Assembly (NCBI GenBank): GCA_041736805.1
Contig: JBGSSW010000011.1
Span: 18,395 to 82,394 of the forward strand
From: Minisyncoccia bacterium
GTDB taxonomy: Bacteria > Patescibacteriota > Minisyncoccia > Phycocordibacterales > UBA918
DNA: 64,000 nucleotides
Reading direction: 5' to 3'
Below the pieces are notes generated by a model. That model worked only from the letters and a program-made list of their open reading frames with translations. It ran no database searches and was not told where the DNA came from. The position numbers and the translations under genes are program-made. Of this stretch, positions 37,975 to 48,884 are shown piece by piece (position 1 is the first letter of the stretch; the number at the start of each line of letters is the position of its first letter).

Positions 37975-39012
37975 TTACGCAACCGACCGTAATCTTGCCT
38001 TCTTAAACTGTGCTCCCCTGAAATAACGATTGTAATAACGAGCAAAACGTTTTTTTAAGCCAGTCGGAGCCTTGTCACTTAATTCACACCATCTTGAACA
38101 ATAACCTTGTCTTTTACTAACACAATCTTCACAGCCCAAGAAAAGAACGTGACAAATTTGATTTTTACAATGATAGTGTTTATCACTCTTAGTGGTCCGA
38201 CAAAGATGGCAGTGAGAAATTATTTCGACCCCAATAGTCTCCCCTAGTCTTTCATCAAAAACAAAGTTCTTACCTTTAAATTTATTTGGTAGGCCTTCTC
38301 TTTCGACTTGATGTTTATAATCAATTACTCCCCCTCTAAGGTGTTTTACATTGCTGTAGCCTTGGTGCTTGAGCCAAGCACTAGCTTTTTCGCAGCGAAT
38401 TCCCCCTGTGCAGTATAAAGCAATTTTTTTATTCTTGTGGATTTTCAAGAGCTCAGGTACCACCTTTAATTCTTCACGAAAAGTATCCACATCTGGAGTA
38501 ACAGCATTTTCAAAGTGGCCAATTTCACTTTCGTAAGCATTTCTCATATCTATCACTACCGCTTCTGGATCATCAATATATTTATTCATTTCCGCTGCCG
38601 TCAGGTACTCTCCAGTGTTAGTAACATCAAAACTATCATCATCAAGACCGTCGGCGACAATCTTTGGACGGACCTTAATGGTAAGTTTATAGAAAGATGG
38701 TAAATCACCCTCTTCGACGGCAATTTTATACGGAACACCGGCTAATTCAGGTTGAGCGTGCACCCAGTTGTCAAACTTTTCCCAATTTTCCTTCGGTACA
38801 TTCATTTGGGCATTGATACCTTCGTGAGCAATATAGATTCTACCTAAACAACCCATTTCAGTCCAAGCCAGCAAAAGACGCTGTCTAAACCCTATAGGGT
38901 CAGCGATTTTTACGTAGCGGTAAAAAGACAAGGTGGTACGAGGACGAACATCACCTAAAGCCGCTTGTCTTTTTTCACTTCTTGGCCGGAGATCTTTGGT
39001 AATAGCGGGCAT
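37975..39012 (-). CDS. trhO: Rhodanese-domain tRNA U34 hydroxylase (YceA/TrhO family)
   Basis: GRIYIAHEGINAQ, IDMRN.YE..IGHF, YCTGGIRCEKA, FVFDER. Confidence 0.9.
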   Translation of the reverse strand: MPAITKDLRPRSEKRQAALGDVRPRTTLSFYRYVKIADPIGFRQRLLLAWTEMGCLGRIYIAHEGINAQMNVPKENWEKFDNWVHAQPELAGVPYKIAVEEGDLPSFYKLTIKVRPKIVADGLDDDSFDVTNTGEYLTAAEMNKYIDDPEAVVIDMRNAYESEIGHFENAVTPDVDTFREELKVVPELLKIHKNKKIALYCTGGIRCEKASAWLKHQGYSNVKHLRGGVIDYKHQVEREGLPNKFKGKNFVFDERLGETIGVEIISHCHLCRTTKSDKHYHCKNQICHVLFLGCEDCVSKRQGYCSRWCELSDKAPTGLKKRFARYYNRYFRGAQFKKARLRSVA

Positions 39013-39280
39013 AAAATAGTTTAAGCAGATGAGAACAAAATGTTACCAGAGTAACCTAAGCGGTGCAACCAAAACTAAATTAATTTGCTTGCACCATCAT
39101 AAATATCAAGAGAATTATTAATAGTAAAAGCTTTCTTAGTTAAATAAGATAACTGTGGATGACCGGGGCAGAAAGCTTCGCTTTCTGCCCTCACTTTATC
39201 CCAAAACCCCCTTCCTCTCCAATTCTCCCCCAAATCCTAAAATTACCCTTATTTATAAGGCTAGAATAAGCACTGTAAAC

Positions 39281-39309
39281 TTGACTTTTCTACCTAAATA
39301 TGGTATCAT
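39281..39309 (+). promoter_or_regulatory. Sigma70-type promoter with extended -10
   Basis: TTGACT-17 nt-TATCAT with TG at 39301-39302. Confidence 0.65.
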
Positions 39310-39430
39310 GGTAAATGGAAGAGGTTGTATTAAAAACAGCCCCTACAAAAGTTGGAGCGGCCCACAAGCCACCCCGTCACTTCTTTGACAATTGATTTAC
39401 GTCGGAATTAATCCGACAAGGAGAACCTAT

Positions 39431-40789
39431 ATGAACAAAGTTGAACAACCCATGAGTATTTTCGGGACTTTCTTCAAAGTGACCATTCCAGATTTTCTGA
39501 CAAAGAATCTCAAGTCCACAATTCACGTGGGGGTACCGCCTGAAAGCAAAGAACTAACAAGAGTTGGTTGGTACCTCAATACCATCTCAGCTCAAGTCGC
39601 TCGGGTATTGGTAAGTATTGCTGGGGGTTTTGTTCTAACCTATTTCCTGGCTTTCATCTTCGGAATATTCAATATCCAATACTTGAACGGCCTTTGGTGG
39701 ATAATCGGTTCAGCTATGGCCATTACAGTAGCCTGGAACGAACCGAAAATCACAGTTCCAGCGAACCATGTTGGAATCATTACTTTCCTTGGTACGAGAT
39801 ACCATGTCTTTATCCAGGAAGGTGATTACTGGTGGCTGGGTCAAAGGTTCTTTTTTGGTATCAGCATTCAACCTCTACCCAAGGCGGAAAATGTTCAAGC
39901 TGGACCAGGCGAAGCACAAGGCTTTGTCTTCATAGGCAAGAGAATTTTGCAAATTTGGAACTCAGCAGACTCAAAAGTAAAGGACACTGTAATTCTTCTA
40001 CAAACACAAGGAGGAAGTACTGTAACGTCTTCTTTGGACGTTAATACAACAACAATAGACCCTATCAAAAGGGCTCGTGTGACCGATGCTAACCTTCGGA
40101 TTGCAAATACAACCAGAACCGGCCTTCGGAAGGCGGCTGGTCTAATTCGTGACACTGACTTCAATGTTGCAAAGGAAATTGTTACTGACTTAATCGTCGG
40201 GGACAGGGTTCTGGTAGTTTTCACTCTCAAAAAGAAAGACTCTTACCTAGAAGGTACGATGGTGAAGGACAATTCTGGCAGCCCTATATACCACAGACTA
40301 GTGTTGGAGGGTAAGCCAGAAACTTTCCCAGATCAAATCGCTCCTCAAGTGGTGGAATTTGCCAGGTTGGTTGAACAAACCGGCAATCCAGAACAAGTGT
40401 CTGTGTCGAAACGCGACGGAAATCTGGCAGTAGCGATCCTGGATGTGCGAGAGAAGCTTAGCCCTATCCTTGAAGAGGTGGGTGAGGCTTTAGATAACCT
40501 TATCCTGAGTGACGCTCAACTTTCAGGGACAGTCAGAGAAGCTGGCGAAAAGGCCTCATCTGAAGGTTATCAGCGTACAGCACAAGTCATTAGTGCACAG
40601 ACGCAACAGGAAGTTGCGGCAATCCTGTCATTTGACTCGAAAGGTGAACCGATTAGCGATTTCGCCAGAGCACTTGCTGCTACCGCCGATGGTAACAAGG
40701 GTGTTTCCATCGTAATGGTACCTGGTAGTGATCCACTTACGAGAGCAGCTATTGCTGGCGGCCAACAAATAGGGGGTAAAGGTAAATGA
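39431..40789 (+). CDS. Membrane protein with SPFH/band-7-like domain
   Basis: Two N-terminal TMs, TVPANHVGIITFLG.R....EG.WW SPFH-like start, alanine-rich C-terminal helix. AGGAGA SD. Confidence 0.7.
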   Translation: MNKVEQPMSIFGTFFKVTIPDFLTKNLKSTIHVGVPPESKELTRVGWYLNTISAQVARVLVSIAGGFVLTYFLAFIFGIFNIQYLNGLWWIIGSAMAITVAWNEPKITVPANHVGIITFLGTRYHVFIQEGDYWWLGQRFFFGISIQPLPKAENVQAGPGEAQGFVFIGKRILQIWNSADSKVKDTVILLQTQGGSTVTSSLDVNTTTIDPIKRARVTDANLRIANTTRTGLRKAAGLIRDTDFNVAKEIVTDLIVGDRVLVVFTLKKKDSYLEGTMVKDNSGSPIYHRLVLEGKPETFPDQIAPQVVEFARLVEQTGNPEQVSVSKRDGNLAVAILDVREKLSPILEEVGEALDNLILSDAQLSGTVREAGEKASSEGYQRTAQVISAQTQQEVAAILSFDSKGEPISDFARALAATADGNKGVSIVMVPGSDPLTRAAIAGGQQIGGKGK

Positions 40790-41586
40790 AGAAGATTAAC
40801 TGGATATGGCTATTCACAGCAGCTGCCCTGTTGTTTGTGGCTGGAACTATCACTTTTCGAGGAGTAACTGATCGGGACCTTTTTACCGGTGACAAACAGC
40901 ATGAGGAGACGATAAGCAAAAAGGTTGATAACAATACCGGTGCTGCTAACACTACGCGGAGCAAGCTCGACAATACGGAAGCTGGCAAGCTTCTGGAGAC
41001 TTGGGACTGGAACGTCACCACACCTGGGAAGGCACTCGGTGATTCTATTGGTCCAGAGTGGACTAATTGGGTAATCTGGGGAGTAATCCTCTTGGTTGTC
41101 TGGTTGGTAGTGCGGAGTTTTCTGCCTTCAACAAGGAAGTCATCTAGCGGTGGCTTCCCTACCTTCTTGGGGTGGATGTTGGCCATCCTGATGATGGTGG
41201 GTATTTGGTTCCTGTACCAAAACTACAAGCCAGTACCGTACGCCGAGCTTCCGCCCTTGAACTTTCGCAATGCGGTTCCAGGACAAAGCGCCAGCACAGT
41301 GATGGGACTCAACTCCCTCGCCGTGGTCGACGTCAAGCTGACCAACATCAACTTGGGATATCGGCATTTTATCTGCCCGGAAGCCCAGAACCAAGGGGAC
41401 TTCAAGTTCTCGGTGATGTACGTTGAAGTAAAGCCGGTTGGAACAGATCGGATGCGCTTTCGGTTCACCGATGAAACGAAAGCCAAGTTGGCAGCTCTAA
41501 GTGTGAACTCGGTTGACACCAAATTCACACTTGTGAAAGGAGGTTTTCACGAACAACCTTGTCCATATGGGCAGAAAGGAAACTGA
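40786..41586 (+). CDS. Hypothetical membrane protein
   Basis: ATGA overlap with the upstream stop; three hydrophobic segments. Confidence 0.75.
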   Translation: MKKINWIWLFTAAALLFVAGTITFRGVTDRDLFTGDKQHEETISKKVDNNTGAANTTRSKLDNTEAGKLLETWDWNVTTPGKALGDSIGPEWTNWVIWGVILLVVWLVVRSFLPSTRKSSSGGFPTFLGWMLAILMMVGIWFLYQNYKPVPYAELPPLNFRNAVPGQSASTVMGLNSLAVVDVKLTNINLGYRHFICPEAQNQGDFKFSVMYVEVKPVGTDRMRFRFTDETKAKLAALSVNSVDTKFTLVKGGFHEQPCPYGQKGN

Positions 41587-41618
41587 CTGCTCAGAAATGT
41601 TCCTTGACGAAAGGATTC

Positions 41619-41653
41619 AAGCCCACTAGATTGAAAATCTAGTGGGCTTTTTT
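41619..41653. terminator. Intrinsic terminator
   Basis: AAGCCCACTAGATT-GA-AAATCTAGTGGGCTTTTTT. Confidence 0.8.
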
Positions 41654-41684
41654 ATTTATAATTAAAATGATTTAAGTCTAGGGA

Positions 41685-42020
41685 TTAAGGAGAAAACTTA
41701 AAAACTTGATCACAACCTGTGGCAGTGGGGTCCAAAGCACAATCGGTCTGCTTATCTAAGCCAAAAGTGCCGGTTGCAATAGCTAAAATAGTGTAAGCCG
41801 AGAGCATTACCACCAAGCCGATGATGCCATACATCATATGCTTTTTACCCTCTTCTCGGGCGGAGTCGTTATCAGCGTTTAAAATATAGACAGCACAACC
41901 CCAAATAAAGAATAAAAAAGCAATCCCTGATAGTAGGGCTATCAAAGGGTAAAGGATGATGTCGTTTACCTTTGAAACAAACTTTCCGGCTTCTTCAGCG
42001 GCCTGTTGTTGCGGTGTCAT
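41685..42020 (-). CDS. VirB2/TrbC-like (CPR T4SS-type) pilin
   Basis: FIWG...YI..A.....REEGK..M.YGIIGL.V pattern. Start at MTPQQQ. Confidence 0.8.
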   Translation of the reverse strand: MTPQQQAAEEAGKFVSKVNDIILYPLIALLSGIAFLFFIWGCAVYILNADNDSAREEGKKHMMYGIIGLVVMLSAYTILAIATGTFGLDKQTDCALDPTATGCDQVFKFSP

Positions 42021-42066
42021 AATGCTTAAATTATAGCAAATTGTTAATAAAGAAGTATCACTAATA

Positions 42067-42098
42067 CACAAAAAAGCCCCTGACGGGGCTTTTTTGTG
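42067..42098 (-). terminator. Terminator after the probable major pilin
   Basis: CACAAAAAAGCCCC-TGAC-GGGGCTTTTTTGTG. Confidence 0.8.
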
Positions 42099-42120
42099 CA
42101 TTAGTGCATTAGCTAGAAAA

Positions 42121-42519
42121 CTATGGAGCCGGAGTCAGAGTCGGAGTGGTTGGAATAGTTACCTGTGTAGACTTTCCAGAAAGACCAATTGTATCGACCA
42201 AGAAGGTTACGATTCCCCAGAAAACAAAGATAAGGACGAAACCAAGAGTTGCGTAAATCATCAAACTCTTTCCTTTTTCCTTTGAATCATCATTAGCGCC
42301 GCCAAGAATAAAGTATTGGAACATTCCCCAAACAAATACTAGGAAACCAATTCCGATAATGAAAGGAATAAGGACTTTGTTAGTAAACTCAAGAATATTC
42401 GCTAGTAGAGTACCAAAAGGTCCTCCTGAACCAGTAGTAACCAATCCTTGTGCAGCCACCATAGCTACTGGAAGTAGGAATAGTGAAGCTGAACCGATAA
42501 ATAATTTTAAACTTCGCAT
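42121..42519 (-). CDS. VirB2/TrbC-like pilin
   Basis: Signal peptide, FVWG...YFI.GG....KEKGK.LMIY...G. Confidence 0.85.
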   Translation of the reverse strand: MRSLKLFIGSASLFLLPVAMVAAQGLVTTGSGGPFGTLLANILEFTNKVLIPFIIGIGFLVFVWGMFQYFILGGANDDSKEKGKSLMIYATLGFVLIFVFWGIVTFLVDTIGLSGKSTQVTIPTTPTLTPAP

Positions 42520-42627
42520 ACAAACTATATATTTATACATTAAATAATAACACTACCCACTATTATACAGGTAATATCACCAATAATCAAGTTTTTTTGA
42601 CGACCTGTGTATAAGTAAGCTACTGGT

Positions 42628-42882
42628 CTAAATGCCAAAAAGTGAACTCCGGATCATTCGTACTATGCCCCAAGTGACAACCATAACGACAAAGACAACA
42701 ACAGCCACGAGAGCAAACTGCTTACCTTCTTCACGCTTTCTTTCATCGCCAGCATTAATAATCCAAGCATCAATTATTTTCCAAACTAAAAAAACAAAAA
42801 CGACAGCAAAAATTGCTGGGATAATTAAATTGATTAAACTTAGAAATAAATCTACTATCTTTCTAAAGGTGGTTGGTGGCAT
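42628..42882 (-). CDS. VirB2/TrbC-like pilin
   Basis: LIIPAIF...F.VW......AGDE.KREEGK...V..V.V.V..WGIV. Confidence 0.8.
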   Translation of the reverse strand: MPPTTFRKIVDLFLSLINLIIPAIFAVVFVFLVWKIIDAWIINAGDERKREEGKQFALVAVVVFVVMVVTWGIVRMIRSSLFGI

Positions 42883-42895
42883 AATGACAGATAAT

Positions 42896-43279
42896 TTAAG
42901 GAGTGGTAGTAAATGAACCAACTAGATTTTTAACAATCTCGGCAATAGCAACCGCACCGATAATAAGTACACCACCAATAATGGCATAGGTAAGGGCTCT
43001 GGTGGCTTGCTCCACTTGAGCGGCATTGCCTCTGGCTGTAACATAAAGAAAACCAGCGTAGATAATAAAGAAGACTACAATCGGCGCAGCGAGGACAATT
43101 AAAATATTTAGAATGGCTACTAGCAAGTCCTCTAGAGAATTTATTTTAAGAGGATTAACGATAGAAACATTTTGTGTAACCCCTAACCCTTGAGCCGCGA
43201 CAGTAGTAGCCGAAACTAAAAAAATTACTGTGACCAAAGGTAAAACTTTACTTGAAAATTTTTTGATTTTACTAAACAT
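42896..43279 (-). CDS. VirB2/TrbC-like pilin
   Basis: NPL, IIYAGFLYVTARGN....QA...LTYAIIG. Confidence 0.88.
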   Translation of the reverse strand: MFSKIKKFSSKVLPLVTVIFLVSATTVAAQGLGVTQNVSIVNPLKINSLEDLLVAILNILIVLAAPIVVFFIIYAGFLYVTARGNAAQVEQATRALTYAIIGGVLIIGAVAIAEIVKNLVGSFTTTP

Positions 43280-43298
43280 AAGCCTATTATAATATAGA

Positions 43299-44600
43299 TT
43301 AATAAATTTGCTGGATACGATTCATAGCATCTGTTGTAGCAGAGTATATATCACTCCGATTAGCATTAACATCACCAATCATTCTACTTAGTATTTCATC
43401 TAAACGATTCTTGTCTGGAGAAAGCCAGCCACGAGCGTAATTGGCTGATTTGTAAGCAATACGTCCGTATATATCGTTACTACCTGATATTATGGAACTT
43501 CTGTAAACCGGTACCATATTGTAGCCACTTGCCAATTCTTTTGCATTCTCTTGACTACCTAAATTTTGCATCACACTAAATGAACCATTCTTATTCTTAG
43601 CAGCCTTTGGAATCATTAGCGAATAAAATTGGCCATAAGTACGCTTCACGCTAGCTTCAGCTCCTTGAGGCACTTCAGCTATATCAAAGCTGAGGTTTGG
43701 ATTTTTAGTTTCAATATCTCTTCCTTCACTAGCAAAGCCAAAATAAATGGCTAAATCTTCGCTCAAAAACATGTCTCTGTCTAAAGGAAGTGAGCGATTC
43801 CAACTATATAGCGTATTAGAGGTATTGCTAAAATTTGTAAAGAAAGTAACAGCATTGGTAAAGGGTGTTGCACCAGACCTGTTTAGAGTCTCATTTAGTC
43901 GAATGCTATATATCTTATTCTCTTCTGTTACTAAAGCACTACCACCCTGTAGTAATAATAAAGATAAGATAGGAAAAGCATTTTTGATATTACTATACTC
44001 GCCCATCGCTAAAGCAGAGCGCTTGATGGTTCGATTAAAGTCTCTATTGGTAATAGTCGGAACAATATCAGCCACAATCTCTTCCCAGGTACTTGGGGCA
44101 GTCAGCAAACCGTTACTGGCAAAAATATCCCGGTTCCAAAACATTACCAAAGGATCAACGAAGACTGGGTAGCCATAAATACCGTCACTCAAAACAAAAA
44201 TATCTGCTCCATCAATGTAAGTGCTTCTAAAGTCTCGTTCTGGAAAAGACTCAAGGATTAAAGGTTGTAAACGGGAACGATGCTTGGCTAACAAGTCGTG
44301 TGGAAGAAGCAGTAGGTCGGGGCTATTTTGGTCGGCTAGGGTATTGAGAAAAGCTTCATCAAATTTTTCTGGGGGAAAGTAGCTATAAGTGACCATCTCA
44401 TAGCTTTTGTCTTTGAGGCTAATTTTTTTGATTAAATCATTAATTGCACTTGGGGGTAATGTACCCCAAATTGAAACAGTACCTACGACGGTAACACTCT
44501 CGTCTGCGGGGGGGTCATAGGTACGAATCAAAATAAGGGCCGTGATAAAAAGAGCTCCAAATATAATTACTAAAGTTAGCTCAAATGGTCTTAATTTCAT
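43299..44600 (-). CDS. Extracellular solute-binding protein (family 1-like), membrane anchored
   Basis: SIWG, PDL, IYGYP..VDPLVMFWNRD, P.TWEE, F.....A.YFG. Confidence 0.85.
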   Translation of the reverse strand: MKLRPFELTLVIIFGALFITALILIRTYDPPADESVTVVGTVSIWGTLPPSAINDLIKKISLKDKSYEMVTYSYFPPEKFDEAFLNTLADQNSPDLLLLPHDLLAKHRSRLQPLILESFPERDFRSTYIDGADIFVLSDGIYGYPVFVDPLVMFWNRDIFASNGLLTAPSTWEEIVADIVPTITNRDFNRTIKRSALAMGEYSNIKNAFPILSLLLLQGGSALVTEENKIYSIRLNETLNRSGATPFTNAVTFFTNFSNTSNTLYSWNRSLPLDRDMFLSEDLAIYFGFASEGRDIETKNPNLSFDIAEVPQGAEASVKRTYGQFYSLMIPKAAKNKNGSFSVMQNLGSQENAKELASGYNMVPVYRSSIISGSNDIYGRIAYKSANYARGWLSPDKNRLDEILSRMIGDVNANRSDIYSATTDAMNRIQQIY

Positions 44601-45145
44601 ATTTTACGAAAAGCTAAACCGTAGTGATGGCCTCCCGCCTCAAATTCTCGCTCAAAAATAAACTGCTGTGATTCAAATAAGTCAGTGGCCATTTCTTTGG
44701 TGATTACGTCTTTACTTTGTGGACCCAAACCACCAAAAGACTCTGACCAATCTATGACGTAGACAACACCACTTGGCCTAAGTACTCGCCTAATCTCGGT
44801 TAAGGCTGCTTCCTTTAACTCGAACTGAAATAGTGTGTTTACCAAAATCGCGGAATCTAAAGTATTATTTGGTAATTTGATTCCTCCCACCTCTTCTAAG
44901 TCACACCATAAGGGTTGAATGTTGGTTAAGCCATTTGCACGCGCATAGTCACCTAGTTTTTCAACTAAAACTTTTTGTATCTCACAAGCATAAACCTTAC
45001 CTTCAGGTCCCACGGCTTCAGACAGTGGCTTCAAGAAAAAGCCCGCTCCAGAACCAAGGTCAGCTACTTTTTCACCTTCTTTAATGTGAAAGTGTGTAGA
45101 CACTACTTCTGGAATTACAAATCGACCAGGTAAAACAAAATTCAT
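44597..45145 (-). CDS. Class I SAM-dependent methyltransferase
   Basis: VADLGSGAG, RVLRPSG...IDW. Confidence 0.9.
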   Translation of the reverse strand: MNFVLPGRFVIPEVVSTHFHIKEGEKVADLGSGAGFFLKPLSEAVGPEGKVYACEIQKVLVEKLGDYARANGLTNIQPLWCDLEEVGGIKLPNNTLDSAILVNTLFQFELKEAALTEIRRVLRPSGVVYVIDWSESFGGLGPQSKDVITKEMATDLFESQQFIFEREFEAGGHHYGLAFRKI

Positions 45146-45192
45146 TACTTCTAATTATACATGAAAAAGAAGCTACTTCGGGTAATGGTTGT

Positions 45193-45233
45193 GAAATAAA
45201 GGACGGCTGCCGTAGGCAGTCGTCCTTTATTTC
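45193..45233 (-). terminator. Terminator after gyrA
   Basis: GAAATAAAGGACGGCTGCC-GTA-GGCAGTCGTCCTTTATTTC. Confidence 0.8.
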
Positions 45234-45251
45234 TAACTATCCAAACATACT

Positions 45252-47723
45252 TTAGACAAAAACCACACTAGCAATCGCATCTCCTTCGCGCATTTTCATT
45301 ACCCGTACTCCTTGTGTCTGGCGACCCAGGGTAGGTACTGACTTGAGAGGAAGTTTAATTACCTGGCCCTTTTGACTCATGATGACTAGTTCTCCATCGT
45401 TTTTTTCATCTTCTCGCAAGACAATACCGCACACTACTTCACCGGTCTTGCTAGTGACTTTTGCAGTTTTGATACCAGAACCACCACGTTTTTGTGTCTT
45501 ATACTCCTTGGCCGGAGTAGCTTTACCATAACCTTGTTGGGTCACGATAAGGACCTCGGTCTTTTTTTCATCTTTGTTAAAGACGTCCGCCGAAACAACC
45601 ATGTCGCCCTTAGAAAGTTTCATACCAGACACGCCAGCGGCTGTTCGTCCCATCTGACGAACATCACTTTCCTTAAAGCGTATCGATTGTCCATGCAAAG
45701 TTACCAAAGAAATCTCATCTCCTTTACCAACAAACTTGGCAGCAATCAGTGAGTCGTCGTCTTTTAAAGTAATAGCAATTAGTCCACTGCGTCTTACATC
45801 TTTGAAAGAAGCTGCATCACTTTTCTTAGCTACACCATTTTTTGTAACCATCATTAGACTCCAATCCCCAGTCCACTCTTCCTTTCGGACCGCCAAAACA
45901 GAAGTTACCTTTTCTTCTTGTGTCATAGACAGAAAATTCATAATTGATTTCCCTCTGGTTGCCCGACGACCTTCTGGAATTTCGTACATCTTGCTTTGAT
46001 AAACTTTTCCTTTGTCAGTAAAGAAAAGTAAGTCACTATGAGCAGAAGTAGTCAACAAAACAGTCACCACATCTTCCTCTTTGGTGTTGAGGTCAACTAC
46101 TCCCACTCCACCTCTTTTTTGAGTTTTGTATTCTTCTGGGTTAGTTCTTTTAACGTAACCACCCGCAGTCAAGACCAGCACACTTTCATCATCTGGTACC
46201 AAATCTTCTTGTGAAAGTTGTTTCACTCCCCCTTTAACAATTTTAGTTCTTCTGTCGTCTCCATATTTTTCAGCAATTTCTAGCAAATCTTCTTTGACGA
46301 TTTTCATCATCTTTTCTTTACTCTTAAGAATGGTTTCCAGTTCCTTAATCAGTTTTTGTACTTCGGTTAACTCATCCTCAATCTTCTTGCGTTCTAGTCC
46401 AGCCAATTTCTGAAGGCGCATGTCGAGAATAGCCTGAGCTTGAATAGCTGAGAACTTAAACTCTTTCATCAATGCGGCGTGGGCGGTCGGAACATCTTTT
46501 GAAGCTCGAATAGTCTTTATAATCTTATCAATATGATCAAGAGCTTTCTTGAGGCCAAGTAAAATATGTTCGCGATCTTGAGCCTTTCTCAAATCATAAG
46601 CGGTACGACGACGAATTACTTCGAGTCTATGTTTTACATACTCTTGAAGAATCACCTTTAACGATAAGGTCTGAGGGATTCCGTCAACTAAAGCCACCAT
46701 ATTATAGTGGAAAGTATCTTCCAGTTGAGTGTGTTTATATAATTTATTTAAAACAGTTTGCGGTTGAGCCCCACTCTTAAGCTCGATAACAATTCTGATA
46801 TCAGAAGTAGACTCATCGCGCATATCGCGAATTCCTTCAATTCTCTTGTCTCGTACCAGGTCAGCTATTTTAACTTGCAAATCGGCCTTGTTGACACGAT
46901 AAGGAATAGAGGTGATGACAATCATAAAAGCGCCCCGTTTGTCCTCAACAATTTCGGCCTCTCCCCGCACAACCACCCCACCCTTACCGTTAGAGTAGGC
47001 ATGTAATATATCCTTTTGGTTGAAAGCCACCGCTCCAACCGGAAAATCAGGACCTTTAACAAACTTAAGCAAATCATCAGTAGTGGCAGCAGGATTATCA
47101 ATCAAGTGAGCTACGGCCGCAGCAATCTCGCGCAAATTATGCGGTGGGATATTAGTAGCCATACCCACTGCAATACCAAGTGAGCCCATCAAAAGCAGGT
47201 TGGGTACGGCAGCCGGCAGGACAATTGGTTCTTTCTTGGTGCCGTCAAAGTTGGGTCGCCAGTCAACAGTGTCTTTCTCTAGATCACGAAGTAGTTCTTC
47301 AGCCAGTTTTGACATTTTTGCTTCAGTGTATCGATAGGCGGCCGCGGAGTCTCCGTCAATAGAACCAAAGTTTCCCTGCCCAAGCACGAGTGGGTAACGC
47401 GTAGAAAAAGGCTGAGCCAATTTTACCATTGCTTCATAGACGGAGGCGTCGCCATGAGGGTGAAGACTACCAAGAACGTCTCCTACTACTGTAGCTGACT
47501 TCTTAAATTTAGCGCTAGCAGTTAAGCCGTTTAAGCGCATAGAATAGAGAATTCTTCGGTGTACTGGCTTTAGACCATCACGAACATCTGGCAAGGCTCG
47601 CTGGGTAATAACTGACATCGCATAATCAAGATATGCGGTCTCCATTTCAGTCGTAATATTTTGTACCACTATTCCCCTAGGTGAGGCCGGTATTTCGTCA
47701 ACAACAATTGTCTTTTTCGGCAT
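45252..47723 (-). CDS. gyrA: DNA gyrase subunit A
   Basis: [28 protein letters not shown], GyrA box QKRGGVG. Confidence 0.97.
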   Translation of the reverse strand: MPKKTIVVDEIPASPRGIVVQNITTEMETAYLDYAMSVITQRALPDVRDGLKPVHRRILYSMRLNGLTASAKFKKSATVVGDVLGSLHPHGDASVYEAMVKLAQPFSTRYPLVLGQGNFGSIDGDSAAAYRYTEAKMSKLAEELLRDLEKDTVDWRPNFDGTKKEPIVLPAAVPNLLLMGSLGIAVGMATNIPPHNLREIAAAVAHLIDNPAATTDDLLKFVKGPDFPVGAVAFNQKDILHAYSNGKGGVVVRGEAEIVEDKRGAFMIVITSIPYRVNKADLQVKIADLVRDKRIEGIRDMRDESTSDIRIVIELKSGAQPQTVLNKLYKHTQLEDTFHYNMVALVDGIPQTLSLKVILQEYVKHRLEVIRRRTAYDLRKAQDREHILLGLKKALDHIDKIIKTIRASKDVPTAHAALMKEFKFSAIQAQAILDMRLQKLAGLERKKIEDELTEVQKLIKELETILKSKEKMMKIVKEDLLEIAEKYGDDRRTKIVKGGVKQLSQEDLVPDDESVLVLTAGGYVKRTNPEEYKTQKRGGVGVVDLNTKEEDVVTVLLTTSAHSDLLFFTDKGKVYQSKMYEIPEGRRATRGKSIMNFLSMTQEEKVTSVLAVRKEEWTGDWSLMMVTKNGVAKKSDAASFKDVRRSGLIAITLKDDDSLIAAKFVGKGDEISLVTLHGQSIRFKESDVRQMGRTAAGVSGMKLSKGDMVVSADVFNKDEKKTEVLIVTQQGYGKATPAKEYKTQKRGGSGIKTAKVTSKTGEVVCGIVLREDEKNDGELVIMSQKGQVIKLPLKSVPTLGRQTQGVRVMKMREGDAIASVVFV

Positions 47724-47767
47724 ATGTCTTTACAGCTGGAATAAAAATAATAATGAGTATAACACAT

Positions 47768-48223
47768 TTACTGAGTGTTGGTGCTAGTACCAACAGAAGT
47801 CTCAGTCGAGTTGGTAGTGGTAGCAATCATTACCTCATTGTAGCTTTTATTTTCAATAACCCTGTTTTGTTCAGAATTTTGACGCAGTAATTCTAAATCT
47901 TCATCATTTAGAATGATTCCACTAGGATTACTACTAGAAGAATTGGCAGCTGAAGCAGTTTGAGAATCCTCAACTTTTGAAGTCTGTGAAATAGAATCCT
48001 TCATCTGAGATATTTTTTCCTTAGACTCACTAATGAGTGTCGAAAAAGGGGTGGTGGAATTTTTTTCGACTGAAATTTCTTCGTTTGATTTAAAAACACC
48101 CCCCGGACTAGCCACCAACCAAATGAAAAGTACCAAGGACGTAAAAGCTGTCGCTATACCTAAAGCATAATTATCCCTAACTGACTTTGGCTTTTTATTG
48201 ATGTAGAGGAAGATTTTTTTCAT
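47768..48223 (-). CDS. Hypothetical single-TM protein, Ser/Thr-rich
   Basis: 151 aa, one TM followed by a low-complexity tail. Confidence 0.7.
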   Translation of the reverse strand: MKKIFLYINKKPKSVRDNYALGIATAFTSLVLFIWLVASPGGVFKSNEEISVEKNSTTPFSTLISESKEKISQMKDSISQTSKVEDSQTASAANSSSSNPSGIILNDEDLELLRQNSEQNRVIENKSYNEVMIATTTNSTETSVGTSTNTQ

Positions 48224-48260
48224 TACAATTATTTTGCCGAAGCGGCAACGTATTTTGAAT

Positions 48261-48884
48261 CTAAGCCGCCTTCAAAACCTTTACTTCTCCTTCCATTTCG
48301 TTGATATCTTTCTTTTTAAGGGTCAATTTGTCTACAGACGTAGTACCGTCAGCCCCAATTTCTTTTAGAAAAGCTCCGAGGGAATTTTTGTCATAGTGCA
48401 TAGGGATAATCAGTTTAGCTTCTAATTTGATAGCTAGTTTTGAAGCTTGAGGTACATCAATTACATCCCCTCCCCCAATTGGGACAAACAAGATGTCTAT
48501 TTCACCTAGTTCGGAAAGAATCTTTGGGTCAATCTCAGCATCGCCGAGTGCGCCCAAGAAAATCATATTGATATCTTCGAGTCTGACTTGATAAATGGTG
48601 TTGTATCTTTCGACTCCTTCGTAGGTAGTCTTGGTGCCATAACCTCGGGCCGTGACTTCTCCGACCTCATACTCGCCCGGACCTTGAATAACATAAGCTT
48701 CTTTGCTGCCGTGTGAGGCTTGGTCTACTCCATTAAAATTAGGATGATTTAAAGAAACAAAAGCGATATCAGCCCCGAACTTGGCGCTGGGTAATTTTGA
48801 TTGTTTCGCGATGGGATCAAATGCTAAAGTGGTGTCGCCAAAAGACACTTTAAAGCACTGCCCTCCCTGATATGTAATAACCAT
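48261..48884 (-). CDS. MBL-fold hydrolase-like protein (Lactamase_B_3 type) with a degenerate metal motif
   Basis: ITY.G..CF, DP, GPGEYEV, DILFVPIGG, IIPMHY. The HxHxDH motif is replaced by SLNHPNF. Confidence 0.85.
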   Translation of the reverse strand: MVITYQGGQCFKVSFGDTTLAFDPIAKQSKLPSAKFGADIAFVSLNHPNFNGVDQASHGSKEAYVIQGPGEYEVGEVTARGYGTKTTYEGVERYNTIYQVRLEDINMIFLGALGDAEIDPKILSELGEIDILFVPIGGGDVIDVPQASKLAIKLEAKLIIPMHYDKNSLGAFLKEIGADGTTSVDKLTLKKKDINEMEGEVKVLKAA

